A DNA stretch of 64,000 nucleotides. Source: an uncultured delta proteobacterium (GTDB taxonomy: Bacteria > Bdellovibrionota > FAC87 > UBA2466). Where the stretch lies: the NCBI GenBank assembly GCA_963778115.1, contig CAVZSV010000004.1, forward strand, positions 2,080,001 to 2,144,000, read 5' to 3'. A program made the translations under genes and the position numbers. A model generated the notes under the pieces. The model had not been told where the DNA came from. It was given only the letters and a program-made list of their open reading frames with translations, and made no database searches. Position 1 is the first letter of the stretch. Each line of letters opens with the position of its first letter. Shown in pieces: positions 1-11,819 of this stretch.

Positions 1-65
1 AGCTTCCTCTGGATCAAGGAAGTAGAAGAATTGAAGTGATCAAGAAGGTTCCACGTGGAACATAA
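1..65 (+). CDS. rsmG: 3' end of a gene, probably 16S rRNA m7G527 methyltransferase RsmG (partial)
   Basis: Frame 3 reads LPLDQGSRRIEVIKKVPRGT* (stop at 63-65), resembling the RsmG C-terminus. It sits directly upstream of parA, as in the conserved rsmG-parA-parB order. Confidence 0.5.
   Translation, partial: LPLDQGSRRIEVIKKVPRGT
47..62. promoter_or_regulatory. parS site (ParB-binding centromere)
   Basis: GGTTCCACGTGGAACA is a palindromic match to the parS consensus TGTTNCACGTGNAACA, just upstream of parAB. Confidence 0.9.
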
Positions 66-77
66 TGACGCCGATAT

Positions 78-93
78 TGTTCCACGTGGAACG
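78..93. promoter_or_regulatory. parS site (second copy)
   Basis: TGTTCCACGTGGAACG has the same 14-bp palindromic core, 31 bp from the first site. Confidence 0.9.
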
Positions 94-246
94 TAAAACA
101 AAACACGATTTAGTAGTTCTCACTTCTTAAAGTCGGAAAAGAATCGACGACAAAAAGACCCGATAAAGCTTTCTTAAAAGGCTTTGAGTGTTGAAAAAAA
201 GTATGATAAAAATTGGCAACAGCATTCTAAACTCCCTCTACTCGCT

Positions 247-1152
247 ATGACAAACATCATCGCTATTGCGAACCAAAAAGGTGGCGTGGGCAAGACAACG
301 ACAGCCGTAAATTTGGCTGCCTGCCTTGCGGCCGCGGAACGTAGGGTTTTGTTGGTAGATCTCGATCCTCAGGGAAACGCGTCGAGCGGCCTTGGTGTCG
401 ATCGAGGGTTGTTCACAGATAAGAACATCTACCACGTTCTTATCGACGATTTACCGATGCGTGAAGCGCTCTACCCCACGGATCTCGAATTTCTCAAGGT
501 TTGTCCTTCTGATAATAATTTGAGCGGCGCTGAGGTAGAGTTGGTTCAGGCGATAGCACGCGAGCTTCGCATGAAAAATGCTTTCGAGGATCTCAATAAG
601 CTGGGCATCGGAAGTTTTGATTACGTCATCATCGATTGTCCACCCTCTTTGGGGTTGCTCACTCTCAATGCTCTAACGGCCTCCACCCATTACTTGATTC
701 CTTTACAGTGCGAATATTATGCGATGGAAGGGCTGGGCCAATTCCTCCACACCGTGGAACTCATTAAAAAAGGGCTTAACAAGAATTTGACTCAGCTCGG
801 CATCGTTCTCACGATGTTTGACTCCAGGAACAATTTGTCCCGGCAAGTGAGCGTTGAAGTCAGAAAGCATTTTCAAAAGCAAGTCTTTGAATCAGTCATT
901 CCGCGCAATGTGAAACTTAGCGAGAGTCCGAGCCACGGAAAGCCGGTCATTCTTTACGATATCAGTTCGACAGGTTCCCAGAGCTACCTGGCTTTGGCGC
1001 AAGAGGTTATCGCACGCTTAGAAGGCGGCAAACTCGAGACGGCCGAATCCGATCAATCGGAGCAACAGGCCCCTGTCGAAAATATCATTTCCGAATCTTT
1101 GAATGAGTCTGAGCATGACACACAAGGGGGCCTAGACCATGGCAGTCATTGA
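247..1152 (+). CDS. parA: Chromosome partitioning ATPase ParA/Soj
   Basis: Deviant Walker [46 protein letters not shown] at 247 preferred over TTG at 184. Confidence 0.97.
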   Translation: MTNIIAIANQKGGVGKTTTAVNLAACLAAAERRVLLVDLDPQGNASSGLGVDRGLFTDKNIYHVLIDDLPMREALYPTDLEFLKVCPSDNNLSGAEVELVQAIARELRMKNAFEDLNKLGIGSFDYVIIDCPPSLGLLTLNALTASTHYLIPLQCEYYAMEGLGQFLHTVELIKKGLNKNLTQLGIVLTMFDSRNNLSRQVSVEVRKHFQKQVFESVIPRNVKLSESPSHGKPVILYDISSTGSQSYLALAQEVIARLEGGKLETAESDQSEQQAPVENIISESLNESEHDTQGGLDHGSH

Positions 1153-2209
1153 CGATAAGAAAAAAGCACTCGGCCGAGGGCTAGCGTCTTTAATTCCAGA
1201 TGCCAAGGTTGCCGAAGGTTCGACCACCATCAATCTCAATAAGAAAGAGTTCTTTCTTTGCGATATCGAAAAGATTGTGGCGAACACCTACCAACCCAGG
1301 AAGATCTTCCAAAAGGAAGCTCTCGACGAATTAACGGAATCGGTAAAGGTCCACGGGATCATCCAACCGCTAGTGGTGCGCCAGAGAGACGGACACTTTG
1401 AATTAATCGCCGGTGAGCGTCGATGGCGCGCCGCGCAAAAGGCGGGACTCAAACAGGTCCCGGTGGTCGTTAAAGACGTTACAGGTGACGCGCCCTCGCT
1501 TGAGATGGCCATTATCGAAAACGTCCAGCGGGAGAATCTAAACTGCATCGAAGAGGCGATTGCCTACCAGCAATTGGTGGACGAGTTTCAACTGTCGCAG
1601 GAAGAGATCGCCGCCCGAGTCGGTAAGAACCGGGTAACGATTGCTAATACACTGCGTCTTTTGAAACTACCGGCGGTCATTCGAGAAGACATCACTTCGG
1701 GCAAAATGTCCATGGGGCATGCCAGGGCGTTATTGGCTTTGGAGTCCGCGGAAGACCAACTCATGGTCCGGGAGCAGATCATAAAGAAGAAGCTCTCCGT
1801 TCGTGACACTGAGCGTAAGGTGAATGAGGTATTGCGCGCCAAGAACGCCACTCCCTCCGAAAAGCAAAGCGACGCCAATATGAAGGCTTTCGAAGACGAT
1901 CTGCGCCGCCATTATGGGACGCCGGTCCGAATCGTTGGCAATGATGAGCACGGCTTTATTCAGTTTACTTACGGTTCTCACGCCGATTTAATGCGCCTCG
2001 GTGATCTGCTGAAGGCGCAGCCAAAAGAATTTGCGGTCTCAACTTCACCAGAACCGATCTATTCGGCAGAAGGCATAACGGACGGCTTAGGTAGCCCTAT
2101 CGAGCCGGTTAATCCGATCGAGACGGACAAAAAGTCCGAATATGCGGGACCTCTTCCGCCGCCATTGCCCCCTGCGTCGGTAGATAACGCGGCCCCTATA
2201 GAAGGATAG
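1139..2209 (+). CDS. parB: Chromosome partitioning protein ParB/Spo0J with Pro/acidic C-terminal tail
   Basis: N-terminal [10 protein letters not shown], box [20 protein letters not shown] and an HTH region. Confidence 0.97.
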   Translation: MAVIDDKKKALGRGLASLIPDAKVAEGSTTINLNKKEFFLCDIEKIVANTYQPRKIFQKEALDELTESVKVHGIIQPLVVRQRDGHFELIAGERRWRAAQKAGLKQVPVVVKDVTGDAPSLEMAIIENVQRENLNCIEEAIAYQQLVDEFQLSQEEIAARVGKNRVTIANTLRLLKLPAVIREDITSGKMSMGHARALLALESAEDQLMVREQIIKKKLSVRDTERKVNEVLRAKNATPSEKQSDANMKAFEDDLRRHYGTPVRIVGNDEHGFIQFTYGSHADLMRLGDLLKAQPKEFAVSTSPEPIYSAEGITDGLGSPIEPVNPIETDKKSEYAGPLPPPLPPASVDNAAPIEG

Positions 2210-2210
2210 T

Positions 2211-2609
2211 ATGTTTTTGCGAAAAACCGACCCTTTCGATCTCCCCTCTGTTAGCCACGAAATCACCGTGGTTCTACAGAAAGGTTGTAGTCTGGAAGGA
2301 AGATTGCAATTCGAAGGAACCGCTAGAATCGACGGTCAATTCAAAGGAGAGATTTTTACTCCGGACATCCTAGTCATTGGCGATGAAGCACAGGTTTCGG
2401 GCCAAATTGAAGCGGATATTGTAGTCATTTCCGGTCAATTTACTGGCGACATTTTCGCCACCCAACGGGTCGAAATTCAAGCTCCTGCCGTAGTGCGGGG
2501 CACTATCCAAGCCGCCATTCTCCAGGTGGAAGAAGGGGCTGTCTTCGATGGCAAAACAAAAATGCTGGGACCACTACCTACCACCCGGCTACCGCGCGAA
2601 AACGCCTAA
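2211..2609 (+). CDS. Bactofilin (polymer-forming cytoskeletal protein)
   Basis: Beta-helix repeats (RIDGQFKGEI, VVISGQFTGDI, VEEGAVFDGK); starts 1 nt after the parB stop. Confidence 0.92.
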   Translation: MFLRKTDPFDLPSVSHEITVVLQKGCSLEGRLQFEGTARIDGQFKGEIFTPDILVIGDEAQVSGQIEADIVVISGQFTGDIFATQRVEIQAPAVVRGTIQAAILQVEEGAVFDGKTKMLGPLPTTRLPRENA

Positions 2610-2648
2610 TTTCACCCGCCCTTACGCATGGACCACGCATGCGTTGCC

Positions 2649-2678
2649 TTGACACGCTTTCTCCACGCATGTTAACCC
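2649..2678 (+). promoter_or_regulatory. Putative sigma70 promoter of the atp operon
   Basis: Perfect -35 TTGACA at 2649-2654; weak -10 (TTAACC/TAACCC) 17-18 nt downstream. Confidence 0.45.
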
Positions 2679-2768
2679 TGCGTAATTATATTTTGTCCCC
2701 TCAATAGAGCCAATGTAATGTCGAAACTCTAACGGCTCGCAAGGGTGTCACGGAAAGGTTAAGAGGAA

Positions 2769-3269
2769 ATGGAAGTAAAAGAACTGCTTCCCAACATGAC
2801 GTTCTTTATAATGTTGGGTCTCTTCTTTGCCTCTTATGTGATGTTAAAGACCTTTGTCTTTACACCCTATCTCGGTTTGCTCGAGGCACGCCGAGCAAAG
2901 ACAAGCGGCCTCAAAGAGAGGGCTTTCGAGGAGCAGGAACGCGCCCAAAAGCTCAAAGAGGATTACGAGACTTTCATGAAAGCCGAGCGACGAAAAGTGG
3001 CGACTTGGATGGAAGAAGAGAGAAAACGTGTCGCGGAGGAAGAGCGGCAAGTGATTCAACAAGCGCGTGATAAGTCGAATGCGGAATTGGGAAAGATTCG
3101 AGATTCGATTCACGCCGAAACGGAAAGAGCGCGCGAGGAACTTTTACCCTTAGTGAATGAATATTCGAGTCACCTAGCGAGCAAGGTACTGGGCCACAAA
3201 GTAAAAGTTTCGGCTGCGGGAGCGGTTTCAAAGAACCGCAGTTCCGCCGAACCTTTGGTATCCGGGTGA
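2769..3269 (+). CDS. ATP synthase F0 subunit b'
   Basis: N-terminal TM helix plus long charged coiled coil; first of two b-type genes before atpH. Confidence 0.88.
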   Translation: MEVKELLPNMTFFIMLGLFFASYVMLKTFVFTPYLGLLEARRAKTSGLKERAFEEQERAQKLKEDYETFMKAERRKVATWMEEERKRVAEEERQVIQQARDKSNAELGKIRDSIHAETERAREELLPLVNEYSSHLASKVLGHKVKVSAAGAVSKNRSSAEPLVSG

Positions 3270-3276
3270 GAACGCC

Positions 3277-3756
3277 ATGTCGACAATAATACCCATCATT
3301 TTTAATTTCTTGGCAGTTCTGGCTATTTTGTATTTCTCGACTCGCAAAGCCTTCACGCAGTTTCTTATTAATCGTAGTAAAGAGATCGCAAATGCTATCA
3401 CCGAAGCAGAAAAGCTTTATGCCGAGGCCAGCAGCCAACTAGCTCAGTGCGAAGCAGATACCAAGAATTCGCAAGATCATGCCAAAACGCTTTTCGACGA
3501 TGCCAAAGTAACGCTCGAACGAATACGTAAGACGGCGCTTGAAAAAGCAAGAGCCGAAGCGGAACGAGTGAGCAAAGAAGCCGCCCTTACCAGCAAGACC
3601 GAATTTGCCCGGGCGAAATTGGCCCTTCAACGCGAGCTTGCGGAAAAAAGTTTGAAGGAAGCGGAGGCCTACCTAAAAGGCCATTTGAATGACGAAGATC
3701 GGCATGGACTGGTGAGTAACTACGTAGAGACAGTGGGGAACGGTCATGCAGGCTAA
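3277..3756 (+). CDS. atpF: ATP synthase F0 subunit b
   Basis: N-terminal TM (IFNFLAVLAILYF) plus coiled coil; precedes atpH. Confidence 0.9.
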   Translation: MSTIIPIIFNFLAVLAILYFSTRKAFTQFLINRSKEIANAITEAEKLYAEASSQLAQCEADTKNSQDHAKTLFDDAKVTLERIRKTALEKARAEAERVSKEAALTSKTEFARAKLALQRELAEKSLKEAEAYLKGHLNDEDRHGLVSNYVETVGNGHAG

Positions 3757-4297
3757 CTCCAAGATCGCCCTGCGCTACGCCCGCGCTATTGTGGATTCCT
3801 TAAAAGACGCCAAGATCACTCAAGCCGTCGTGGACGAACTTAGAGCCCTTGCCCAAACGATGGCGTCCTCTAAAGAGCTTGAACTTGTACTGACCTCGGC
3901 CATCTTTTCCGAACAGGCTCGCCAAGAGGTGATCTCCGATTTGGTGGCAAAGCTAAAGCTCTCCCCGCAAACCCACCGGATTTTGAAGGTCATCACCGAA
4001 GCTAAACGGATGAAGTTTATCGCGGTGATTGCGGAAAGTGTTCATTATCTTCAACTAGAGTCTACCGGAATCGTCCCCTTGAAGGTTCAAGCAGCGGGCG
4101 ATCTTAACGGCGACGAGAAGAAAAAGATCGAAACAAAATTTTCCAAACTTTTAGGCAAAGACGTTGAGGCTAGCTACGAAGTAGATCCAACGCTCATCGG
4201 AGGAGTCAAAGTGACGGCCGCAGGCCGCACTTACGATGGTTCCGTGGCGGGATGGCTCAATACCTTTGAAGAACGGCTAGTCGGAGGGAGTATCTAA
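3746..4297 (+). CDS. atpH: ATP synthase F1 subunit delta
   Basis: IALRYARAI and VDPTLIGGV...YDGSV motifs. Confidence 0.95.
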   Translation: MQANSKIALRYARAIVDSLKDAKITQAVVDELRALAQTMASSKELELVLTSAIFSEQARQEVISDLVAKLKLSPQTHRILKVITEAKRMKFIAVIAESVHYLQLESTGIVPLKVQAAGDLNGDEKKKIETKFSKLLGKDVEASYEVDPTLIGGVKVTAAGRTYDGSVAGWLNTFEERLVGGSI

Positions 4298-5802
4298 TGC
4301 AAATACGTGCTGACGAGATTAGTCAGATTATTCGAAAACGAATCGATGAATTTGACCGAGAGGTCCAGATCGCTGAGACCGGAACGGTATTGAGCGTCGG
4401 AGACGGAGTTTCTAAGATCTACGGGCTTCAGAATGCGATGGCCGGAGAGATGGTGGAATTCCCCGGTAATATCTTCGGCGTGGTGCTCAATCTCGAAGAG
4501 GAGAGTGTCGGTGTCGCCATTTTCGGACAGGTCACCGCGATTAAGGAAGGCGACACCGTAAAGCGGACGGGCCGCATTCTTCAAGTTCCTGTCGGTATGG
4601 CGATGGTGGGACGAGTGGTAAACGCCCTTGGGCAACCCATCGACGGTTTGGGAGCCATCGAATCCAAAGATTTTCGTAACGTGGAGATCAAAGCTCCCGG
4701 TATCGTGAAACGCGCCTCGGTGAATCAGCCTCTGCAGACCGGAATCAAAGCGATCGATGCCATGGTGCCGATCGGACGTGGACAGAGAGAGCTTATCATC
4801 GGTGATCGTCAAACCGGCAAGACCGCTATTGCGGTGGACACGATTATCAACCAAAAGGGACAAAACGTATTTTGTATTTACGTTGCTATCGGACAGAAGA
4901 ATTCAACCGTTGCGCAGGTAGTGGAACGATTACGATCTTCGGGAGCAATGGAATATACGACCGTTGTTTCGGCTACCGCTAGCGAACAGGCTCCTTTGCA
5001 GTACATTGCGGCTTATGCCGGAGTCACCATGGGAGAATATTTTAGGGACACCGGAAAACACGCTTTGATCATTTATGATGATTTAACCAAACAGGCTCAG
5101 GCGTATCGTCAGCTATCCCTGCTACTTCGACGGCCGCCAGGTCGCGAGGCCTATCCCGGAGACGTTTTCTATCTCCATAGCCGTCTTTTGGAGCGAGCCG
5201 CGAAGTTGAGTGAAAAAGAAGGGGGCGGAAGTTTGACCGCACTTCCTATTATTGAAACTCAGGCCGGTGACGTTTCGGCGTATATTCCCACGAACGTGAT
5301 TTCGATCACCGATGGTCAGATCTTTTTAGATACCGACCTTTTCTATTCTGGTATTCGTCCGGCGATTAACGTTGGTCTTTCGGTCTCTCGTGTGGGAGGA
5401 AGTGCACAGATCAAGGCGATGAAGCAGGTAGCTGGTAACCTTCGATTGAGTTTAACTCAGTATCGGGAGCTTGCGGCTTTTGCACAGTTCGGTTCGGATC
5501 TCGACAAAGCTACTCAAGACATGTTGTCTCGCGGAGAGCGAATGGTATCGGTACTAAAACAAGGGCAATACCAGCCGTTGGCCGTCGAAAAGCAGATTGT
5601 GATTATTTATGCCGGAACGAACGGCCGGTTGGATAAGCTTCCGGTCTCTCGGGTTTCGGATTACGAGCGTGGCCTTTACGATTTCCTCGAAACGAAATAT
5701 CCCAATGTGCTCGAATCGGTTCGCCAGAAGAAACAGATCGACGACGAGGTCAAAGGCTCTCTTAACAAGGCCTTAGACGAGTACGGAGCATCCTTTACCT
5801 GA
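4297..5802 (+). CDS. atpA: ATP synthase F1 subunit alpha
   Basis: [38 protein letters not shown]. Confidence 0.99.
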   Translation: MQIRADEISQIIRKRIDEFDREVQIAETGTVLSVGDGVSKIYGLQNAMAGEMVEFPGNIFGVVLNLEEESVGVAIFGQVTAIKEGDTVKRTGRILQVPVGMAMVGRVVNALGQPIDGLGAIESKDFRNVEIKAPGIVKRASVNQPLQTGIKAIDAMVPIGRGQRELIIGDRQTGKTAIAVDTIINQKGQNVFCIYVAIGQKNSTVAQVVERLRSSGAMEYTTVVSATASEQAPLQYIAAYAGVTMGEYFRDTGKHALIIYDDLTKQAQAYRQLSLLLRRPPGREAYPGDVFYLHSRLLERAAKLSEKEGGGSLTALPIIETQAGDVSAYIPTNVISITDGQIFLDTDLFYSGIRPAINVGLSVSRVGGSAQIKAMKQVAGNLRLSLTQYRELAAFAQFGSDLDKATQDMLSRGERMVSVLKQGQYQPLAVEKQIVIIYAGTNGRLDKLPVSRVSDYERGLYDFLETKYPNVLESVRQKKQIDDEVKGSLNKALDEYGASFT

Positions 5803-5827
5803 AAGGGCAGATAGCTACGACTAAATT

Positions 5828-6712
5828 ATGGCAAGTCTTAAAGACATTCGAAAGCGCATCTCAAGCGTAAAGAGTACTCGGCAGATCACTCGTGCCATGA
5901 AGATGGTGGCGGCGGCGAAGTTGCGTAGATCTCAGGAAGCCATCTTACAAGCACGTCCCTACGCCTATCGGGTTTATTCGATTCTTTTGTCTCTAGCGCA
6001 GAAAGAAGGAATCAAACATCCCCTACTGGAACAACGATCTGAGAAAAATATTCTAGTCGTAATTTTGGCAGGGGATCGAGGGCTTTGTGGTGCCTTTAAT
6101 GCAAACGTATTTAAGGAAAGCCAAAAATTCTTAAAAGCCAAAGCAGCCGAAGGGGTTACCGTCTCGGTCCAATGTATTGGGAAAAAAGCCTACGACTTCT
6201 TCAAGAAAAAGGTCAACGTGGTGGCCTACCATGAGGGAATTCTCTCTAACGCTAGTTACGCAAGAGCGTCGGCGATTGCCGATAAGATTATCGCTTCCTA
6301 TAGCGGAGGTGAGTTCGATGCCATCTACCTTATTTACAACGAATTCAAATCAGCGATTCAACAGAAGGTCGCGGTGGAACGCTTGATACCGGTATCCGTT
6401 CAGGTACCTGAAGGTGTTGTGGGAATCCTGCGAGCGAACGAAGAAGATCGCTTTAAGAATTATATTTTTGAGCCTTCAAAAGATGAGATTTTGAACGAGG
6501 TTGTCCCACGGCATTTTCGCATGCAGTTCTTTCGCGCCGTTCTTGAGTCGGTGGCCAGTGAGCACGGAGCTAGAATGTCGTCGATGGAGAACGCGACAAA
6601 GAATGCATCTGACATGATTGACGGCCTCACGTTGCAATACAACAAAGCTCGCCAAGCGAGCATTACTCGAGAGTTAATGGAAATCGTCGGTGGCGTTGAG
6701 GCCATGAGATAA
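5828..6712 (+). CDS. atpG: ATP synthase F1 subunit gamma
   Basis: ITRAMKMVAAAK, DRGLCGAFN, NKARQASITRELMEIVGG. Confidence 0.99.
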   Translation: MASLKDIRKRISSVKSTRQITRAMKMVAAAKLRRSQEAILQARPYAYRVYSILLSLAQKEGIKHPLLEQRSEKNILVVILAGDRGLCGAFNANVFKESQKFLKAKAAEGVTVSVQCIGKKAYDFFKKKVNVVAYHEGILSNASYARASAIADKIIASYSGGEFDAIYLIYNEFKSAIQQKVAVERLIPVSVQVPEGVVGILRANEEDRFKNYIFEPSKDEILNEVVPRHFRMQFFRAVLESVASEHGARMSSMENATKNASDMIDGLTLQYNKARQASITRELMEIVGGVEAMR

Positions 6713-6720
6713 GGAAATAA

Positions 6721-8575
<1,855 letters not shown>

Positions 8576-8579
<4 letters not shown>

Positions 8580-9235
8580 ACGATGTGGAAGAAGCTTCCT
8601 TAAAGATAAACGAAATTTTCTTTAGCATTCAGGGCGAGAGTCTCCTTGCGGGAAAACCCACGGTTTTCGTAAGAACGGCGACGTGTAATCTTCGGTGCAC
8701 CTATTGCGACACTCGTTACGCCTTTTGGGAAGGCAAAGTAATGAGCATTGATGCCATTTTAGAAGAAGTTCGAAAGTTTGGCGGAGAGTATGTTTGCCTT
8801 ACTGGTGGCGAACCGCTGGGCCAAAAAGGTTCGATTGTTCTGATGGAAAAATTGCTCGCCGAAAAATATACGGTTTCGCTAGAGACCAACGGAAGTTTTT
8901 CTATCAAAGACGTTCCCCTAGCCGTTATTAAAGTCATCGACATTAAGTGTCCCGATAGTGGAGAAGCCGAAACGATAGCTTGGGAAAACCTAAGCCTTGC
9001 GCGCAAAGAGGATCAGTTTAAGTTTGTCGTCGCCTCTCGTGCCGATTTCGACTGGTCCCAAAAGGTTTGCCAAGATCATAAACTTCACGAAAGGTGTTCG
9101 GTCCTCTTCTCTCCTGCTTACGGCAAAGTCAGCCCTTCGGATTTAGCTAAATGGATCTTGGACGCTCACGCCAAAGTAACGATGCAGCTTCAGATGCATA
9201 AAGAGATCTGGGGACCAAACGAACGGGGAGTCTGA
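8576..9235 (+). CDS. queE: 7-carboxy-7-deazaguanine synthase QueE (radical SAM)
   Basis: EIFFSIQGES, CNLRCTYCDT, TGGEPL, LETNG, QLQMHKEIW. Confidence 0.9.
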
Positions 9236-9252
9236 TTCTCTAATTTGAGCTA

Positions 9253-10722
9253 CTAATATCGTCGATTAGAGTTTACCCATTCCTGAGTACGAGCTCGGTT
9301 GAACTCCGTAGTTTCTTGAATGCGTCGTTGTTCGCCGGCCCACCAGTTTTGGTAGTTCACCTGTCCTCGGTAATTGGCGTCCGTTTGGTAAAGATAGTCC
9401 TGGGGAGATTGCTGGTTGTTCCGACGGAAAAAAGCCTCCACCTCTCGCTCCGACTTTAGCTGCTTGGCAGCTTCTTCCTCTTTCCACTTATCCTGGAGAG
9501 CAAAGCTTTTCGCTTCGGCAACGGACATAAGATCCTGTCCGAGAGCTCTTCCAATCAAGGAAGAATATTTTTGGATCTCTTCTTTGGATAAGGGGGTGCC
9601 GTTTTGAATATGGTTTTCGAGCGAATACTCAAAGGGAAAAGCGCGATTTTCGATGAGCCGTCGGAGCAGGCCCTGGGGGGTGTAATTCCATCTCTTCGCG
9701 AACGTTTCCACTGCTTCGCCACTCCCGCTCGGCGTGGCATTGAGTGTAGGCGTATTTCTGTCCTCGGGTTTCACCGCAAGTCGAGTACACAGGGCTCGCA
9801 AGGGAGTGACACTGTTACGGGTATTCAAAAACTTCCCATATCCTGGCAAGGATTCCAAATCTGAGTGCCAGTCCGCGGGAACGGGAAAGACAGAGGACGA
9901 GGCTTTCCAGGTGAAAAGATCGTGGTTCAACACCAGACTCACGGAGCGCGCGGCAGGAGTGTAACCAGTCCTAGAGCCTGCTCTTTGGGCCAGACTCCAG
10001 CGATACCATGTATAGATACTCTCGCCCGCCATGGCCTCATGTTGAAACCATGCGGAGAGTTCTCCCAGATGTGAGTAGTTGACTAGGGCATGCAGTGGAG
10101 CCATTGCCCAACCCGAGTTGCATAAGGAATCTAGATTCGTATTGGATGAAATGGGGTCGGAAATTTGCCAAAGTCGCTCTCCCTCAAAGAAGGTGGGCCT
10201 GAGACTTAGGAGCACTCTCCTATAGAGCTTTGGATTTTCTTCGAACCGTAGGACGCCGGACCCGTCGTTTAATGGCTCCAAGACCTCCGATTCCGCTTGA
10301 TAAAGTCGGGAAAGAGGAAATTTTTCGGTGAGCTTTTCGCCAGCCCGTTGGGAGGCAATATGATTTTTCAAATCGCGACCTAGGGCATCTGGACTGGACT
10401 CTTTCTTAGGGACTCCATAAAGCGCATGGAGGGAAGTGACAAAGACCGACTCTTTAATGGAATAGGGACCTTCCCCGCTTACGTGCTGACACCGCTCGAA
10501 CAGAGTCGGCGACTCTGTCTGTTGAAGCTGCTCTAGCGTAAGAGGCTCGTTTCCACAGGCTTGGTAATGGAGGATCCGCGCTCCCTCTGGGCCTTGTACC
10601 GCCATAAGTGCCGTGCTTTGCGCCGTCTTCAAAAGCAACGCGGCTTCGCCCCCTGGGGAAAGGGTGAGAAAAATATAAAATACTGCAATTCCAAATAGGT
10701 AAGTCGTCTTCATCCGTTTCAT
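9253..10722 (-). CDS. Hypothetical exported protein
   Basis: 489-aa ORF with N-terminal signal peptide-like segment; no family recognised. The true start may be the ATG at 10713. Confidence 0.7.
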   Translation of the reverse strand: MKRMKTTYLFGIAVFYIFLTLSPGGEAALLLKTAQSTALMAVQGPEGARILHYQACGNEPLTLEQLQQTESPTLFERCQHVSGEGPYSIKESVFVTSLHALYGVPKKESSPDALGRDLKNHIASQRAGEKLTEKFPLSRLYQAESEVLEPLNDGSGVLRFEENPKLYRRVLLSLRPTFFEGERLWQISDPISSNTNLDSLCNSGWAMAPLHALVNYSHLGELSAWFQHEAMAGESIYTWYRWSLAQRAGSRTGYTPAARSVSLVLNHDLFTWKASSSVFPVPADWHSDLESLPGYGKFLNTRNSVTPLRALCTRLAVKPEDRNTPTLNATPSGSGEAVETFAKRWNYTPQGLLRRLIENRAFPFEYSLENHIQNGTPLSKEEIQKYSSLIGRALGQDLMSVAEAKSFALQDKWKEEEAAKQLKSEREVEAFFRRNNQQSPQDYLYQTDANYRGQVNYQNWWAGEQRRIQETTEFNRARTQEWVNSNRRY

Positions 10723-10884
10723 CTAGAGCCCATAACGTGATGTGTCAATGGCACGGAGGGCAAAAGCGGCGGGATTGGGGGGGAGGTCTTTACTATCCGT
10801 TCCCACTATCTCAATCCAACCCCTTGCCGATACTGAGGAATCCGATTTGCCTCGGTCGTTCTTTTCTACTAAAAGGAGGCTACG

Positions 10885-11802
10885 ATGCCTTCTTCCCCAC
10901 AAAATCCGCGTCCGGCTCCTAAACCAGACTGGCTTAAAGTCAAAGCCCCCGGAGGAGAAAAATACGCCCAAATTAAGCAGCTCTTAAGAGGGCTCAATCT
11001 TCATACCGTTTGCGAAGAGGCCAGTTGTCCCAACGTCGCTGAATGTTGGGGAGGGGGAACGGCGACCGTCATGTTGATGGGGGATGTCTGTACCCGGGGT
11101 TGTCGATTTTGCCATGTGAAGAGCGGAAACCCCAAAGGCATTTTGGATCTCGACGAGCCCGTCAAGGTGGCTTCGGCCGTCGCGGAACTAGGTCTTACTT
11201 ATCTGGTGCTAACGTCGGTCGATAGGGATGACTTACCGGATGGGGGTGCGGATCACTTTGCGCGAACCGTCGAAGCAATTAAATTGAGGGCTCCGTCGAC
11301 TTTGGTTGAAGTATTAGTTCCGGATTTTCAAGGAGATGACGCGGCTTTAGCGAGAATCGCAAGCTCCGGCGCCGATGTGATTGCTCACAACGTCGAGACG
11401 GTGGAGCGGTTGCAGCAGAAAGTTCGCGACGGACGGGCGGGATATCGGCAATCGCTTGAAGTGTTGCGAAGGGTCAAGGCCCTTGGGGTTAGGTACACCA
11501 AATCGTCGATCATGCTGGGTCTGGGGGAGACGCAAGCAGAAATTTCGACTACTATGGACGACCTGAGAAAGGTAGGGGTCGACATTCTCACCATCGGACA
11601 GTACCTGAGACCTTCGTCATGGCACCTTCCGGTGGAAGAATACGTTCACCCTTCTCTGTTTCAGAAATATGAAGCGATGGGACTCGAAAAAGGATTTCTC
11701 TTCGTTCCTTCGGGCCCTCTGGTTCGCAGTTCCTATAAAGCGGGAGAAAAATTTCTTGAAGCCCGCTTAAGACAAGATCGCAATAACGAAACGCTCCGGT
11801 AA
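10885..11802 (+). CDS. lipA: Lipoyl synthase
   Basis: CEEASCPNVAEC, CTRGCRFC, GPLVRSSY; SD AGGAGG. Confidence 0.98.
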   Translation: MPSSPQNPRPAPKPDWLKVKAPGGEKYAQIKQLLRGLNLHTVCEEASCPNVAECWGGGTATVMLMGDVCTRGCRFCHVKSGNPKGILDLDEPVKVASAVAELGLTYLVLTSVDRDDLPDGGADHFARTVEAIKLRAPSTLVEVLVPDFQGDDAALARIASSGADVIAHNVETVERLQQKVRDGRAGYRQSLEVLRRVKALGVRYTKSSIMLGLGETQAEISTTMDDLRKVGVDILTIGQYLRPSSWHLPVEEYVHPSLFQKYEAMGLEKGFLFVPSGPLVRSSYKAGEKFLEARLRQDRNNETLR

Positions 11803-11819
11803 GCGGAGGAAATCTAATT

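Noticed and set aside
4294..4863. 189-aa antisense ORF in atpA, and the many other short nested or antisense ORFs in the track
   Set aside because: Shadow frames of well-conserved genes with no motifs of their own.
10805..10835. Sigma28-like GCCGATAC upstream of lipA
   Set aside because: No TAAA-like -35 element at the canonical 15-nt spacing.
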